The notes: generated by a model from the sequence alone, not told the origin. A stretch of 64,000 nucleotides of DNA from Balanoglossus misakiensis (GCA_040954595.2 CM082579.2:11521625-11585624), one strand, 5' to 3'. Numbered from the stretch's first letter, positions 11,901 through 25,824 are shown. Numbers and translations: made by a program.

Positions 11901-14656
11901 GTTCCCAGTTCTGGACTCAGGTTGGTCCAGTCGGGACTGCAGGCTTGTCCTGTACGTCCACGGCTGGTCTTTCTAAATAAAGTCAACGGCGTTTTAAATC
12001 TACACTCTACTCGTGTTCCCGTCTCTCTTCATCATCATTCTTCATCAGCCGATATTCCGACCAGACCCAGACGAACGTGTTCCACCCTCCGAAGGGAGAC
12101 ATGACCCTTCAACAAACATAATAATTACAGTGTTCAAGATTACCGCACATAGATTCAATTTCAATTTCAATTCAATTTAATTCAATACTTTATTGTCAAC
12201 AACAAGTGTCGACAATTGTCTTAAAGTTCATCAACTAATTGAAAAACACAAGATAATAAGTATTAGTGATAAAAGTGTATGCAATAAAAGACACTTTAAG
12301 ATAACACATGCACACACAAAAATGATATGACTGAAACTACATCCGCAGCCACGGAAAAAAGTTAAAAGTCAAACTTAATTTCAACTGAAAATAGATACAA
12401 CTGTTGCGAGAAAAGAGTGTCTAAACATACATGCAAACGTACATGCATAGTAAGATGTGTATATTTTTCTTCTGTATTATATTTCAATATTTTTTTTCTG
12501 CAGAGTCCCCTTGACAGGAAACATTACGTACGAATGATAACTGGAAACGGACTTCGACCTGACATTTGGCAAAATTTCAAAACTCGATTTAACATTCCAA
12601 TCATACATGAATTCTATGGTTCAACCGAAGGACCGATTTTCTTACGAAACTCGGATAATAAGATTGGGGCTGTAGGAAAAGTGTCGCCGTTACTAAAGGT
12701 AGGCCTTACAGATCAATAGAACGGTTGCAAATCTGACGACATTAAGAGGAGTTAATTGTACATAATTACGTGTATACATAATAATAAAAGGCAAAATGAT
12801 TGATAAGTAAATAATTGTACATCGTTACTTATATGCATGTAAGGCAATTTGTATATACCTTTATTTCACTTGTATTTCTATAAGTCTTAACATTTGATTG
12901 ATTGTAAACAAATTGTTAAAATTAAAATTAGTTATAACAATTCCTGACATAGATGTAAATTGACTTATATACATGTAGTTGTGTTCAACAGATTGCGCCC
13001 CGTAATTCGAGGCCCACGTACATTATTTTCAATGAAAAAGCTCGATTCCGCAAGATTATGGTTCTTAAATGTACAATCGCAAATGTGCCAAGTTTAGAAC
13101 ATGTAAACAATGCATGATGCATGTTTCCCACATTTTTTATCTCCATAGAGACGCATGGGTATCGAATTGGTAGAATATGATTATGACACAGCTGAACCTT
13201 TGCGTGACACTAATGGCCGATGCATCCCGGTGAAATTGGGTGAGTTCTAGAAAACGACAAACTGATTATATGATTGATGTAAAACGAGTGATACTAAATA
13301 TATTCCAATGAAAATAACTTTTTGGAGCTCAGCTTGTGCCTGGATACATTAAAAAAGCGCTACATTTGTATTTTGTTTATAACAAGTATTACAATATACA
13401 AAACAAGTTGGAATTGCTAGATTTTATTAATTTTAACAGCAGCACAACCAACACACAATTGGTTTTGTCGCACTGGATGATCCTACGGTCTTGAACTACA
13501 AAAATATAATCTGATGAAATCTCCACAAATCCAAACAATTATACATTTCCCTTTCTCTATTCACAGGTTCACCAGGGTTATTGATCGGAACAATAAGCGA
13601 GAGTGCTCCGTTCGATGGCTACCTTGGACCAAGTGACCAAACAGACAAAAAAATAATCAAGAATGCTTTTAAAGATGGAGATGAATACTACAATTCTGGA
13701 GATTTGCTAATGATTGATAAGAACTACTACGTATATTTCGTCGATCGAGTCGGTGACACTTTCAGGTACAGCCAAGATCTGAAATACGTCAGTAAGGTAG
13801 TGTCAAAATTCTTTGGGTGTTTTATAAATATTTTCCGCTTTTTTGCTTTCTTGTTTTTACTATTTGTTGATTTTAATACTTTTTAACAGATGGAAAGGCG
13901 AGAACGTTGCCACCACAGAGGTGGGTCATGTGGTGGCGTCCTTCAAAGATGTTCAGGAAGCGAATGTGTACGGCGTTGAAATTCCAGGTATGTTAGCATA
14001 CCTATATCGGGGGGGGGGGGGTCAAACTTGTTCACAGAATCGAATTATGTGGCAAGTCAAATATTGCCGTGGTAGTGATGATGGACATGTACATACCCTC
14101 TGCGTGGGCCAATTTTCCATGAATATTAAAGTAGATAATACGACATACAGAATATAACTGTGAGAGTGTTAAGTTAAATTTACCAGTATTTGAAACTTTG
14201 ACTATTTCACTGTACGCTTCGTTGATTTTTAATTTGACTACACACCGCCACGCGAATTGTATGTGGTATTCCTACACAGATGACCATGGACACATGAGTG
14301 ACAGAAAAAAAACAGTTTTCAGATTCGATTTTGTCTGTTGTTATCTAGGTCAAGATGGCCGAGCAGGAATGGCTGCCATAGTGTTGCGGAAAAACAACCA
14401 ACTAGACTGCAAAAAACTCTACGCCCATGTTAGGCTTCATCTTCCCTCCTACGCATGCCCAATGTTTATCCGCGTTCAACCATCGATGGACGTAACGGGA
14501 ACGTTTAAGCACAGGAAGATCGAGCTTGTGGAACAGGGATTTGATCCAAACATTATCAGGGAACCGCTCTTTTTTCTTGACTCGAGAAACAAGACTTATT
14601 CTGAGTTGCATGTAGAAAATTTCAAAAGATTCATCATTGGAAAGGCCAAGTTATAA
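5931..14656 (+). CDS. SLC27A: Very-long-chain acyl-CoA synthetase / fatty acid transport protein (SLC27/FATP family, SLC27A2/6-like)
   Basis: Nine phase-consistent GT-AG exons: 5931-6411, 9672-9896, 10204-10356, 10902-11026, 12504-12698, 13149-13239, 13567-13765, 13890-13987, 14349-14656. Motifs: AMP-binding [40 protein letters not shown] signature [43 protein letters not shown]. Ends GKAKL*. Confidence 0.97.
6820..8186. repeat. Perfect 66-bp inverted repeat pair (6820-6885 / 8121-8186) around about 1.2 kb of CpG-rich DNA; probably part of a non-autonomous DNA transposon
   Basis: AAATGCCAAACTAGCAACACCGTATTTCTTTGATGCCAGCGACACGTTATCTCTAAAATTGTAACA and its exact reverse complement. A TTAA-AGACCCATAAGCTGCAACT terminus related to the 18637 MITE lies at 6440. 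Confidence 0.8.
11173..11447 (+). repeat. Interspersed repeat, copy A
   Basis: Colinear similarity with 34381-34682 (TTCAAGATG.CCG...GTTCATAAGC.AAAGTGAT...CCCAGAATGCAA...GTGATTTGACCCCCTAGC). Confidence 0.75.
11455..12113. mobile_element. LTR-like fragment with an inverted, diverged partial copy
   Basis: 11455-11560 is the reverse complement of about 11988-12089 (GGCGTTT(T)AAATCTACACTCTAC.CGTGTTCCCGTCTC...TCCGACCAGAC.CAGA). The + copy has AATAAA at about 11976 and ends ...CAACA, like an LTR 3' end. No TSD found. Confidence 0.5.
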
Positions 14657-15867
14657 GATCGTGGGAACAGTTAGTCACACCTTACAAAACTGTTAGTTTC
14701 TGCCTGCATGAAATCAGGAAGCATACCCAGAGGTTTGGTTCTGTCCGTGTGCTGGTCTGAAGTCATTATGAAGACATGTGTAAGTTCATTGTCTTTCACG
14801 TCAAGAAATATGCGTTGAGAATTTAAATGATACATGGCAGTATGCATTTGACAACAGGTTTACCTTCTTTGATGTCAAGAGCCCACAATCAGACTATCAA
14901 CGGTAGTAGTACAGACTGTGTCAGTTACGATGACATGTACTTATATGGATATTGTAAAGTTTAATTAATGAATGCTCCGTCTTTCAAAATTTAGACAAGA
15001 CTGGTGTGATAAACAACTGGAAAATCATAGAAGGAAACCTGGAAAATGTGTATGACTTTTGAGTGAATTAACCAAGGAGCAGTTACTGTCTGTTTTGTAA
15101 CAGAAGGTTTTGATGTGGCATTATAAAATAAATGTCCTATCTCAACCAATTGCAGAGTACCATGTCTGTATTTTGTCTGGAGAAGAAGTTGTGGGTCGAC
15201 GTCAGACTTGCCCAGGTCCTTGTTGGGCAGCCGTACAAAGGAGTGTCTTTCCAAACAGTTTACGGGTGCAATCACATGTTGGGATTGTGTCCTTACGGCG
15301 AAGATACTAAAATTTTTACTTGCGCATATTTAACATGTGAGAAATAAAATGTAAAAATCAAACTATATTTTTTAAAAGATGCCAAAAGTGGCTTCATATA
15401 CCATAGAAATGAAATAAGATGGCAAATGACTAATCGTATACTACATATGCTTATATACGTAGACATTGCTTTGATGGTCCAGAGGTCATTTTGGTACATT
15501 TAAAGAGACACGATGCCTTATTAAAATGACACTATCACGAATACATAGTAAACGAGAATAATTAAATTGGAAGAATAATGCTGAATGTAAGTTTTAAACG
15601 ACAGAAATAATTTCAGTCATAATTTAGCAAGCACTCAAGAACCAATTAACCTTAAAATGTAACCCATTTCTATAATTATACATGTACACAGGAACGTCAT
15701 ATACAGCTTAACTTTGATAATTCTGAAAATTAAACTAACCTTTGGAAATACTATAGCGGAAATTAACTTATCATAATTAGCAACTATTGTTTAAATACAA
15801 TTACGGCTCTGTGTCTCTTTTAGTGTAGAGTATGCAGAAGTCAGTTCACGTCACCAAGTCTGCAGAT

Positions 15868-18800
15868 ATGTCTAGTTTTGTAACGACGTTCGCATGTTTA
15901 TTGGCCGCTGTGTTTCCGTTGGTACAAGGAAATGCCATCGGTGAGTGAAACCCAATAAGCCTTTTTTTCAATTTGATGTTTATATTTAATATGGCAAGTA
16001 TTGAAGGCACATTGTTGTGACCCTTCTTTTGTTCAGTGTTAAATTATGAACAAACTGAACAATTTGGTCGATGTGTGACGCAACTCACTGATTCTGAACC
16101 ACATAGACGCCGGTACTTTAAAGGTATACAGTCACCTCCAATTTACATATCGCCATATATAGTTGAAATGGCGTATTTGAGTGTTATAAAGAACGCTTTA
16201 TTTTCGCGTGTGCCACCCACTGAAAATCTGTGATTGGTTAGATCTCGATTTACCATGGTAACTGTGGCTAAATTTGTATAGGTGACCGTATACCTTTAAG
16301 CTCACTTGGTAACAGAGCAAATCGTTCGGAAGTGCTTTTGGGCCGTGCCACTGACCTTTACCCAATCTCCTCAGGATATAGCAACAGATTCGGCCCTGTT
16401 TCCTGCAATGTGTGTATACTTGCGTGGCAAATACAGCGAGTTAAACAAAGGGTACACACATCGATACTTAACTGTGTCGCAATAACCTATAGGCTTATCA
16501 TAAAAACGCTATTTCCAATCTGTGTCGAAATTTTGAATTGATTTAGCATTTTCGTATTTCATATTTTCCCAGGGAATGTTGTTTGGAATGGTAAAGAACC
16601 TCTATATTGCAATGAGTTTAATGCCATGATGGAAGCACTGAAAGTGGACAAGACTTACGATGAATTTTGGTACTATTATGAAATACATGATATATATGAC
16701 TGCGCGAAGGATGGGAGTTTTGCGCCTCTTCAGTGTAATAATTACGGATACTGTTCGTGCGTTAACGCATATGGAAATTTAATCGCTCGCACGTTACTAC
16801 CCGCAAACAGAGGCAAACCAGTTTGTAAAGGTCTGTTGTCAGAACTATATGCAATTGCTGCAAATTCTTGCTTGTTTTCCCTCTGGTTTATGTTTTCTTT
16901 TTAAGTTGGAGTATGCCATTGTAACCTTCAGCGAACCACTGCCACTCTTGTCTAAAATTGCTGAATCGACCTATGTATAAAATAACATTTCTGATTTATG
17001 ACGAGTTTTTAGATAACTTTGTATTGGTAACGCATATATGTATATATGAAGACGTTTAATTATAGTAGTATTATTCAAGTCTTGACTCGGGCCGATACAA
17101 CAACACCTCTCTGAAGCCAAATATATCTTAATGTCACATGAAGTTAAATGTTTCCTAAACTAGGTTTGAAAGTTGGACAGTGCCCCCTGAATAAAGCTAT
17201 GGGTTCCTGTGACGTCACGTGTGGCAATGACGAGGAATGTCCATCAAATCTGAAATGCTGTGACACGGACTGTGGAAAGACTTGTATGGAACCAGCGCAA
17301 GGTTGGCGATCTTTCTCACAGCTTGGTTTCATATTGCACTTACTGAATTTACACACAACTTCCATAGTTTTCTTTTCAAAATCTATCCAGTCGTAATGCA
17401 CAAACAAAGGATATTGCAAAGCTATCACGCGGCGTGTATTATTAATCCCAAAACTACATTAATTTCCTTCGCAGCTGATAACATAATGACCAATCAAAAA
17501 CAAGTTAAGTATCAGCTCATCAAGTTGAACGGATATAAGCCGACAATATAAACACGTAATCATTGGTTTAATTATAATAAGCGTCATAATAAATTTGAAA
17601 TTTAATGACCAAATTCCATTTCCACAGAGTTTCTATGACCACTACTTTGTATGATATTATCTTTAAAAAAGCTAATATTGCCTTTCAAAAAACACGGATT
17701 GCGTGTGTTTTCATTCCTCTGCAGAATGCTATTCCTCTGAGTACGCATGCTCAGACGGACTAACTTGTGTTGGTGACAGTCTAGTTTGTGATGGTATACC
17801 TGATTGCCCGGATGGAGGTGATGAAATGACCTGCAGTAAGTAGACTGCAACCATCTGTTACTTCAGAGGGCAAAGGAACAATCATGAACAAACCAGCAAA
17901 TGTGGAATTCAGTTTAACTACTTTAATTCTCGATTTTCAGCAGCGATTAACTGGTTATATGTACATCCCATTCGGGGGGGGGGGGGGCTGGAGGCTTCTG
18001 GTTTTATGTGCCTTGAATTTTTTAAAGTATTAAACATGTTGACAGACTTTGGCAACTTTTGATTATTCTATCTTTAGAATGGAATTTTAGGAATTTTCTC
18101 AAATTTAACATATTTTACATAAAAGACAAGATGATGGACACCCTGGTTTATTCGCTGTACATAACAAGTCTCACCGCCCACTTAAATACATCGACTATTT
18201 GAAAGGTTTTGAGGATAATCAATTTTCTGAAAATCTGCCCGTGAGGTAATTACCTTAGGAAATTCAGGAAGTACCACAATTAGTATTGTTATATCGTTTT
18301 GGTAGCCGAGCCACGTTTTGAATGTCCGTTTGGTAAGAAAATACCCATGGAACTTGCCTGCGATGGTTACCCGGACTGCGTAGATGGCAGCGATGAGAAA
18401 GTCTGCGGGGAACTAGAAATGTGTAAGTCTGTTGTATTTGTTTAGAACACTTATGCTTACATAATGCCAGGGGGGTCAAACACATGATAAAAATTGCATT
18501 ATTAGACAGTTCAAGTAGACAATTCTGGGTAGGAGAGAGGGAATATCACCTTTATTTCCTGAAACTTCTTGTCATTTGTTGTTGTTTTTCTGGTAAAAAA
18601 AATCGACAACACACCAATTTGGAACAGTAATTTAGCTTAAAGGTAAATGAGCTGCAACTGGATAAAAAAATTAAAGTTTTAAATAATCTCACATATGCTT
18701 TTAATTATGTCTATTAAATGATATTTCATGATAATATATTAAGCTCAACACTTGTTTATGACAAAATGGCCAAAAATTAAAGAAAAATGAAAATTCCTGC

Positions 18801-21800
18801 AATTTTTAAAAAAGTACAATATTGCAATGAAAAAGGAAAATATAATGTCTCAGCGGTGTACATTTACTTCCATGAGCTCAAGTGGATGAGATCATGGTTG
18901 TTTTTATGAAGTTTCATAACCGGAAATGCAACATTTTCATTGTTTCTTGCATTTTCCCACGGTGGCGTCCATATTCGCTTAAAACTTACACATGCACTCA
19001 TATTTAAGGTTTATAATGCTTGTGTATTATTCACTGCCTTCACCTGCATGGACTAATGGTAGTACAGTTTGAAACAAAAATTATGATAATTATCCCAAAA
19101 GTTGAAGCTTATGTGCCCTTAATGCACTCTCCATGTGTTATAAGATGTAAAGAAAGAAAACTGCTACTTTAAGTCTATGTACATGTCACCCACACAGGCT
19201 TATTTAACACTCGCCTGGTAGCAAAATCCTCAGGGACAGTCGAACATGTGTTAACAATCACCTCCATGTAGTGGAAACTTGTCTATAGCTACTAATGCAC
19301 CCTAAAAGCATTGCTGAATTATGTGAATGTGTTTTATTTTGTACAAGTTGTATGCGATGATACTATTTCACCTTATTGGGTATGTGATGGCTGGGTCGAC
19401 TGCCTTGATGGAAGCGATGAGGTAAATTGCGGTAAGTATGGTATAATCTAAGAATTCTCCTTGCTCTACAATACTGCGCATATATATCGGTTAACACAAA
19501 TTATTGTCTTGAAGAAGGGAATTGTAGGGACATGTTTTCTTCACTCTGTCAGGCATGCATAAGACTTCCGGTATGAACTGCCAGTAATCTTTGAATTTCA
19601 TTTTTTTCTGGCCAGTGAATAGACGCAAACAAAACTATAATATGTGCATGTTAACTTCGCTATGTTTAAAACGTGGTATTATCGTACGCATGTCATTAGA
19701 AAGATTATTTAAAGCCTCAAGAGCTGCCATTTTTACATTATTTGCATGAGTTCACTTTCCAACTCAGATTGGTCCATAATAATTGCTTACTATAATAGGT
19801 ATGCATCAACATGTTTTCGACGCCCTATCGTACCTGCCTGTTGCAATTTGAGTAAGTGGTATATTAAACGGGTACCGCATCCAAGCAATCAGCCTCCATA
19901 CAAACTGTACACAACTATCCTGGTATGCGTCAAAGAAATGACGAATTGATGAAAATACAAGTTGTATGAATTAATGGTGATGAAATTTGGCAGCTCATCG
20001 GAGTTTAACACTGTGACTTGGTGTTGTTTTTCCCTGATACTATATTGTCAAATGACATCGCCAAAAGGCACAATCCCTTCCATACTGATACAAATGTAAC
20101 CTAACTAGTTATTTTAGAGAGATTTTATCATCTCAACATCATAACATTTAACGATTTAAACATTGTTCTGCATCCAAACTAAATTTCAGCACAACTATCT
20201 CATTACATCTATTGCGAATCGGGAAGTACAGTATTTTCACAAACAGTGGTTAAAACAGTATTTCGTGAATTGGATGTGCATGCACTTAAAAAGTTTCCGT
20301 GTCTTTTACATGCAGTTGTTTCAAATTTCGTACTTCCCTATGTACACTAAACATAGCCTCTGCGAGATTCACAAATCTATGGACGTCACCGACGTGACGT
20401 CATTTTCACGACTGTTTCACGATAAATGTGAAAAACGGATGATTCTCTGTCTTTCTTTTGAAATGCTTGCAGACTGTGACGGGAAGGGGAACGGTTGGCA
20501 CCAGTGTCCACAAGGTATATGCATTCAAGAACATCAAATTTGTGATGGTTATGATGACTGTGAAGATGGCAGTGATGAAACTTGCGGTAAGCGCGACACA
20601 TAAATGCTATTACCCAGCATTCAGTGCAATAATTATAGTGGCTCAGAGCAATAGCGAGCATATTTAAACTGATGTGACGTTAACTGTAACAATTGGGGGT
20701 ATGCTTATATACCTAAAACAGTGTTGGTTCCATGTGACAACGGCGTTATGATTCCGGAAAAAGACATTTGCGATTACGAAGATGATTGCGGCGATAACTC
20801 GGATGAATCAAATTGCTGTAAGTTTATCACGCTATATGTAGGTTTATCATTTTATTGACACAAACAACTTCATTAAAGTTATATTCATTGTTTTATTGTG
20901 TAATTAAGCTACAAAGCATATGTGACCATGACTAACAAAAACCTTATATCAGTTGTCTAGTCATACATTCTGTAAAATAAAATTGGCTTGTCTAAGATCA
21001 CAATACGTTGCTCCATAGCCCAGTTTTCCCCGAGATTCAAACGCATGAAAATGTAGATGAACGGTTTCCAAAGTTTATCATCCAGCCAATCAATCAATTA
21101 ATCATCAAACCATGCTTCCTGTATTTGTTTTGTAAGTATATCGACCAGGATGTGGCGATGATTATAAAGCGCAGTGTGCCAACAGCGGAGAGTGCATCGA
21201 CATTTCGTATTTCTGTGATGGATACTACAATTGTAGAGACAAGAGTGATGAAGAAAACTGTCGTTAGTATAACATGAACTTGATGGGAGAGAGGGGGTTG
21301 ATAAAGAAGAGCGAAAGAAAGATGATGAGAGAAAGAAGAGGTGGAGAGAGCAGAAAGAAATGGGAAGACAGAGAAGAGGAGACAGGCAGAGAGGAATGGG
21401 TGTTTGTGTATGTGTGTGTGTATGTGTGAAAGAGAGAGAGATTTAAATTTTGCCTGATTGAGAATAAATTTAGATCTATTGAGAGCATGTGAATTGTGAT
21501 AAGTTAGCAGAGCACGTTTCAGATTCCTGGTTGACTTAGCTTTTTAGGCAGAAATTAATTATTTGTCAAAATGTATCCATGGCAATGAAATGCATTTAGA
21601 TTGTTTTTTATCTTCATTTGTATGTTGTATTAGCATGTGAAACTCCGAACCACCGATGTAGTTATGGACTTTGTGTTCAGGACCGCCACGTATGTAATGG
21701 CTTCGATGACTGCGGTGATGGTAGTGATGAATTAAACTGCCGTAAGTGAAGTGTTTAGATTTGAAACAATTTGATAGCTTCAAATGACATATACCATTGT

Positions 21801-22984
21801 AAATTTAAACCATTTTTTTCAAGCTTTGAGATGAAATCTCTGGTACCATCCTACCGTGGTACTTAGTTATAAACTAATTTCAAGTTGTTTACAAAATAAC
21901 TTTTGTTTTAAATAGCTGTATTTGTAGGTTTTCCCTTTGAGAAATATCATTATTTTCAAATGGACGAATCACAAAATAAATGAGCCACATAAAAAGTTAG
22001 AGTAAAAGTTGATGGCAGCCATCATGAAAAGAGCCCAATATGCATCCCCTGTAATGTGTATAGTGAAAATGTAGTAGAATATCACACCAGACTGATTGAA
22101 TTTTTACCCAATTTTAAATTCTTGCTTTCGACAAATAATGCCAAATGATACAAAGATGTGCCATATACCTACCATCAAGGGGAAGGTAAGTCCCAAAGTG
22201 GCCGGATGGGAAAGTCATTGCAAGATGTTTTGACGAAATAGATCGTATACTTTGGTAAAGACGGAATTATAAATGGTACATATTTTATGTGTTCCTCTAG
22301 CGTGTAAATCACATCAACACGATTGTGGCGATGGAGTTTGTCTTCCCGGATGGGATATTTGTGATGGTTTCAGCGACTGTGCAGATGGAAGTGATGAAAA
22401 CAATTGCCGTAAGTTAATGCTAAGTTACAACTATGGCGTGAAACATTCAATCACAATGGGGGGGGGGGTGATATCGGTGCAACACTAGGGCCACTTCCAT
22501 GACCACTGAGTTAGTATGACATGTCATGCATCATTCAACAATACATACAAAATTCATCCTTTTGTAACAGACATAATTCAATTTTTTCTTCGATTAGTTA
22601 GAGTGCACAAAGTCAATGGTACATGATATGGTTGGTTAGGGACTGGTCAGTTTCTTCGGCTGACCGCCAACTGACCCCCGGCCCCTTACTCATTGAACAT
22701 GGAAAAGTGGGTGACCCCAGTGACCCCCCATCAACCCATTCCAAAACAGGGTGATCCTCCCCTTCCCATGATGCGTACAAATCATTCAAATTTCTGAGGA
22801 AATTGCTTGCTTTGGAAGTGAAGTGAGTTACTTGGAAAAGTTTTAATTTCATTATTCCTTATGACTTATTCTGTGGATGACCCTGCAAAATTTGAATGAG
22901 CAAAAGCCAAAACAAATGAGCTTATTTTACTTTACAAAACACCATGCATTCTCTTTTAAAATTAATTAATTAATTAATTGCTGC

Positions 22985-23054
<70 letters not shown>

Positions 23055-25792
23055 GTTTTTCTTTGTTTGTCTGTTCATTCTTTTATTTATTTATTTAGCC
23101 TGCGGAGCGCGCAAATTTAGTTGTAACAACAGCAAATGCATTTGGAAGGGAAACGTTTGCGATATTATTGACGACTGCGGCGATTACAGCGATGAAGAGG
23201 GTTGTGGTAAGGACCATTTTTTCCATTCTCCTGGATAATTCTTCCTTGGCATTTTGGCCAATTATTTTAGCAGGGACTTTGACGAGATGTGTGAAGGGTT
23301 ATTTAAATGATTTGTATTTATTGAACGACTGTGGACCAAAGAGCTTGAAATTTGGTCGTCAGGCAGTTAGTGACTGACATTTCAGTAATTCCTTCAGGAA
23401 GTGTTGCAGACATACATGTTACGTCTGATTTTCAGGTCACTTTGAATGCGATGATGGTGGCGTTGTTCGTGGTAGGTATCAGTGCGATGGCGATGAGGAC
23501 TGCAGTGACGGGAGTGATGAGAAAGACTGCCGTAAGTGTTAATAATTAGGCGCGCTTTGCATTTCGTTCCTTAATCAACGTTGATCCCTGTTGTAAAGTA
23601 TGTTGTGATTCATGTGTAAGAATGTTGATGACATCACATAGCATTAGCTTATACATATACTAACAATACTAGTTTTGTATAAGAATTCGTTCAGAAATTT
23701 ACCATGTTAATTTCAAATGTTTGTTGAATTTAGGGCGGCAACGTCCACAGGCAAATATAACAAATTAAACAGAACAATGTCTCACGAAACCAATGTATTA
23801 CGTCACCAGTGAAACTGAGTGAGTGAGTGGATGAGTTGTTGTTGTTGTTCTTGTTGCTCCTTAATTCTTCCTCGAATGAGAATAGTTACATCAACAGATT
23901 TTAATTACAGTATTACGAAGTGATCTAATAAACTAATGAAGAAATGAATGAAAGTTTGAAAATGGTAACGAACGAATATAAGGATGGACATCCCATCTCA
24001 GGCGTATGGACCAGTTAGGGGTTGTACAACGTACATTTCGATTTTGTTACACAAAAGCCACTTGACCGTTCACCGAATCTTACAAAGAATTCATAGACAT
24101 ATTCACTCTAACCTTTCCAGCCTGCTCGGGAGAGACTCTAAATTGGCGTTGTGCATCGGGGCGTTGTATTTCTATATCTGGAAGATGTAATAACTACACC
24201 GACTGTGACGCCGGTGACAATTCTGATGAAATTGGTTGTGGTGAGTGCAGTCAATATACAAAATTAATATCCACTCCGTTGGTGCAATTTTAATTCACCC
24301 GTGTGGCAATTAACAGGGTTTGTATAATTAACCAGACTTGTATAGCAAGCTGGTGGCATTGTTATTGGTAGTTTAAAAGCCCCCCCCCCCCACCGCTAGA
24401 TTAGTCGGCTTGAGTCTGAATGTTATGTTAGATTTTATTTCAATAAATGCGTTTACTCAACTTATAAAGTTTAGTTTGTTGAGCCATTTAGATAATATTT
24501 AACACAGGTATAAGATCAATTATATTATACCATGCTACCGCCCGCCATTCTGATTGGATGAGAACTCAATCCAGCGATGGGAAAATACTGTTTAACCACT
24601 GCTGACAGTGGTAAAACGGGCCCCTGAACTAGCATACAGCAGGGAAAATGTGAGGTTAAACCATAGTCGCTTGGGGTTTAAATGAGTAAATGAAATAAAA
24701 CACTGTTGAATTTACGTAAATTTTATTTTGGAACTGCTCTGCGGGAATATTTTGTATTTTGCCGTGCGCGATGCCTGTCTTGTCACTTTTGCCATCTGCT
24801 TCGTGTTTAACGCTCAGTCCCGGGCGTTCGGGTTTACATTCATCGTCGCCATGTTGGTTCGCAATCGTAACTTCTCTATCTGACACTGTTTAGTTAAGAA
24901 AATGACACTGATATGCCACAAAAACAATTGTTGATATAATATAATAGCAATAACCCCACCTCAGTTGGGTATACACTCGATTTGGGTACAATTCGCTCCA
25001 TATAGCACTCGCCTAACAGCTTGTGCTATTTGTCTTGAATTGAACCCAAATCTCGTGTATACCCGCAGGTGGTGGTTATTGCATAATTGAGGCTTTGTCA
25101 ATTAAAATGCTGACATTTTGCAAACACCTATGAATTGCTTGTTTTAGAAGTCCACGTGTGTGATGATGGAGAGACCATCATTAGACGACCGTACTCGGAA
25201 CGAATTTTTCAGATTTTTCAGTATCAACACGATAGCAGAACAGTCCTGTGTGATGGAGCAATCCACTGTTTGGATGAGAGTGATGAGAGAAAATGCGGTG
25301 AGTATCAAGAGTCTCCTTTACGCTCACTAGCTTCTTTGTTAGGTAATCTAAACCAAAATTAAGACAATTTTGATGGTAAGGTCTGAAATATGTAAAGCAG
25401 AGAACATTCATTTGACCAGCCAACGTGAATTGATAATAAAATTTTATCACAATTTTCAATTTGGTCCCTCTGCCGACATAAACATACCGTATTTTGGCTA
25501 TAAGGCCAATGTATGTATGTCTCTCTGTCAGTTTGTCTGTATGTAGCTATACACATTGTTATGCAAAACGGCCCACCCCAACTTACATTCCACCACTTGT
25601 GTACCTGCATAAAAACGCGCCTTCCCCCTTGCATTTCCGCCAGTTTAGTCTCCTGATGAGTGAGTCTAGTGACTCACGAAACAGCGTTGTAGAGATTTTA
25701 CCGCCTTCCGTTTCTCCTACTACCCTCCTTTATACTCCGCTCTACTCTTGTATTGAGCACATTGGATCGAACCAGTCGAACCGCATACTTCG

Positions 25793-25824
<32 letters not shown>

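Noticed and set aside
21149-21262. CAG acceptor at 21148 for an LDLa exon
   Set aside because: Would create TGA across the junction, so the AAG acceptor at 21136 was preferred; no evidence for selenocysteine recoding.
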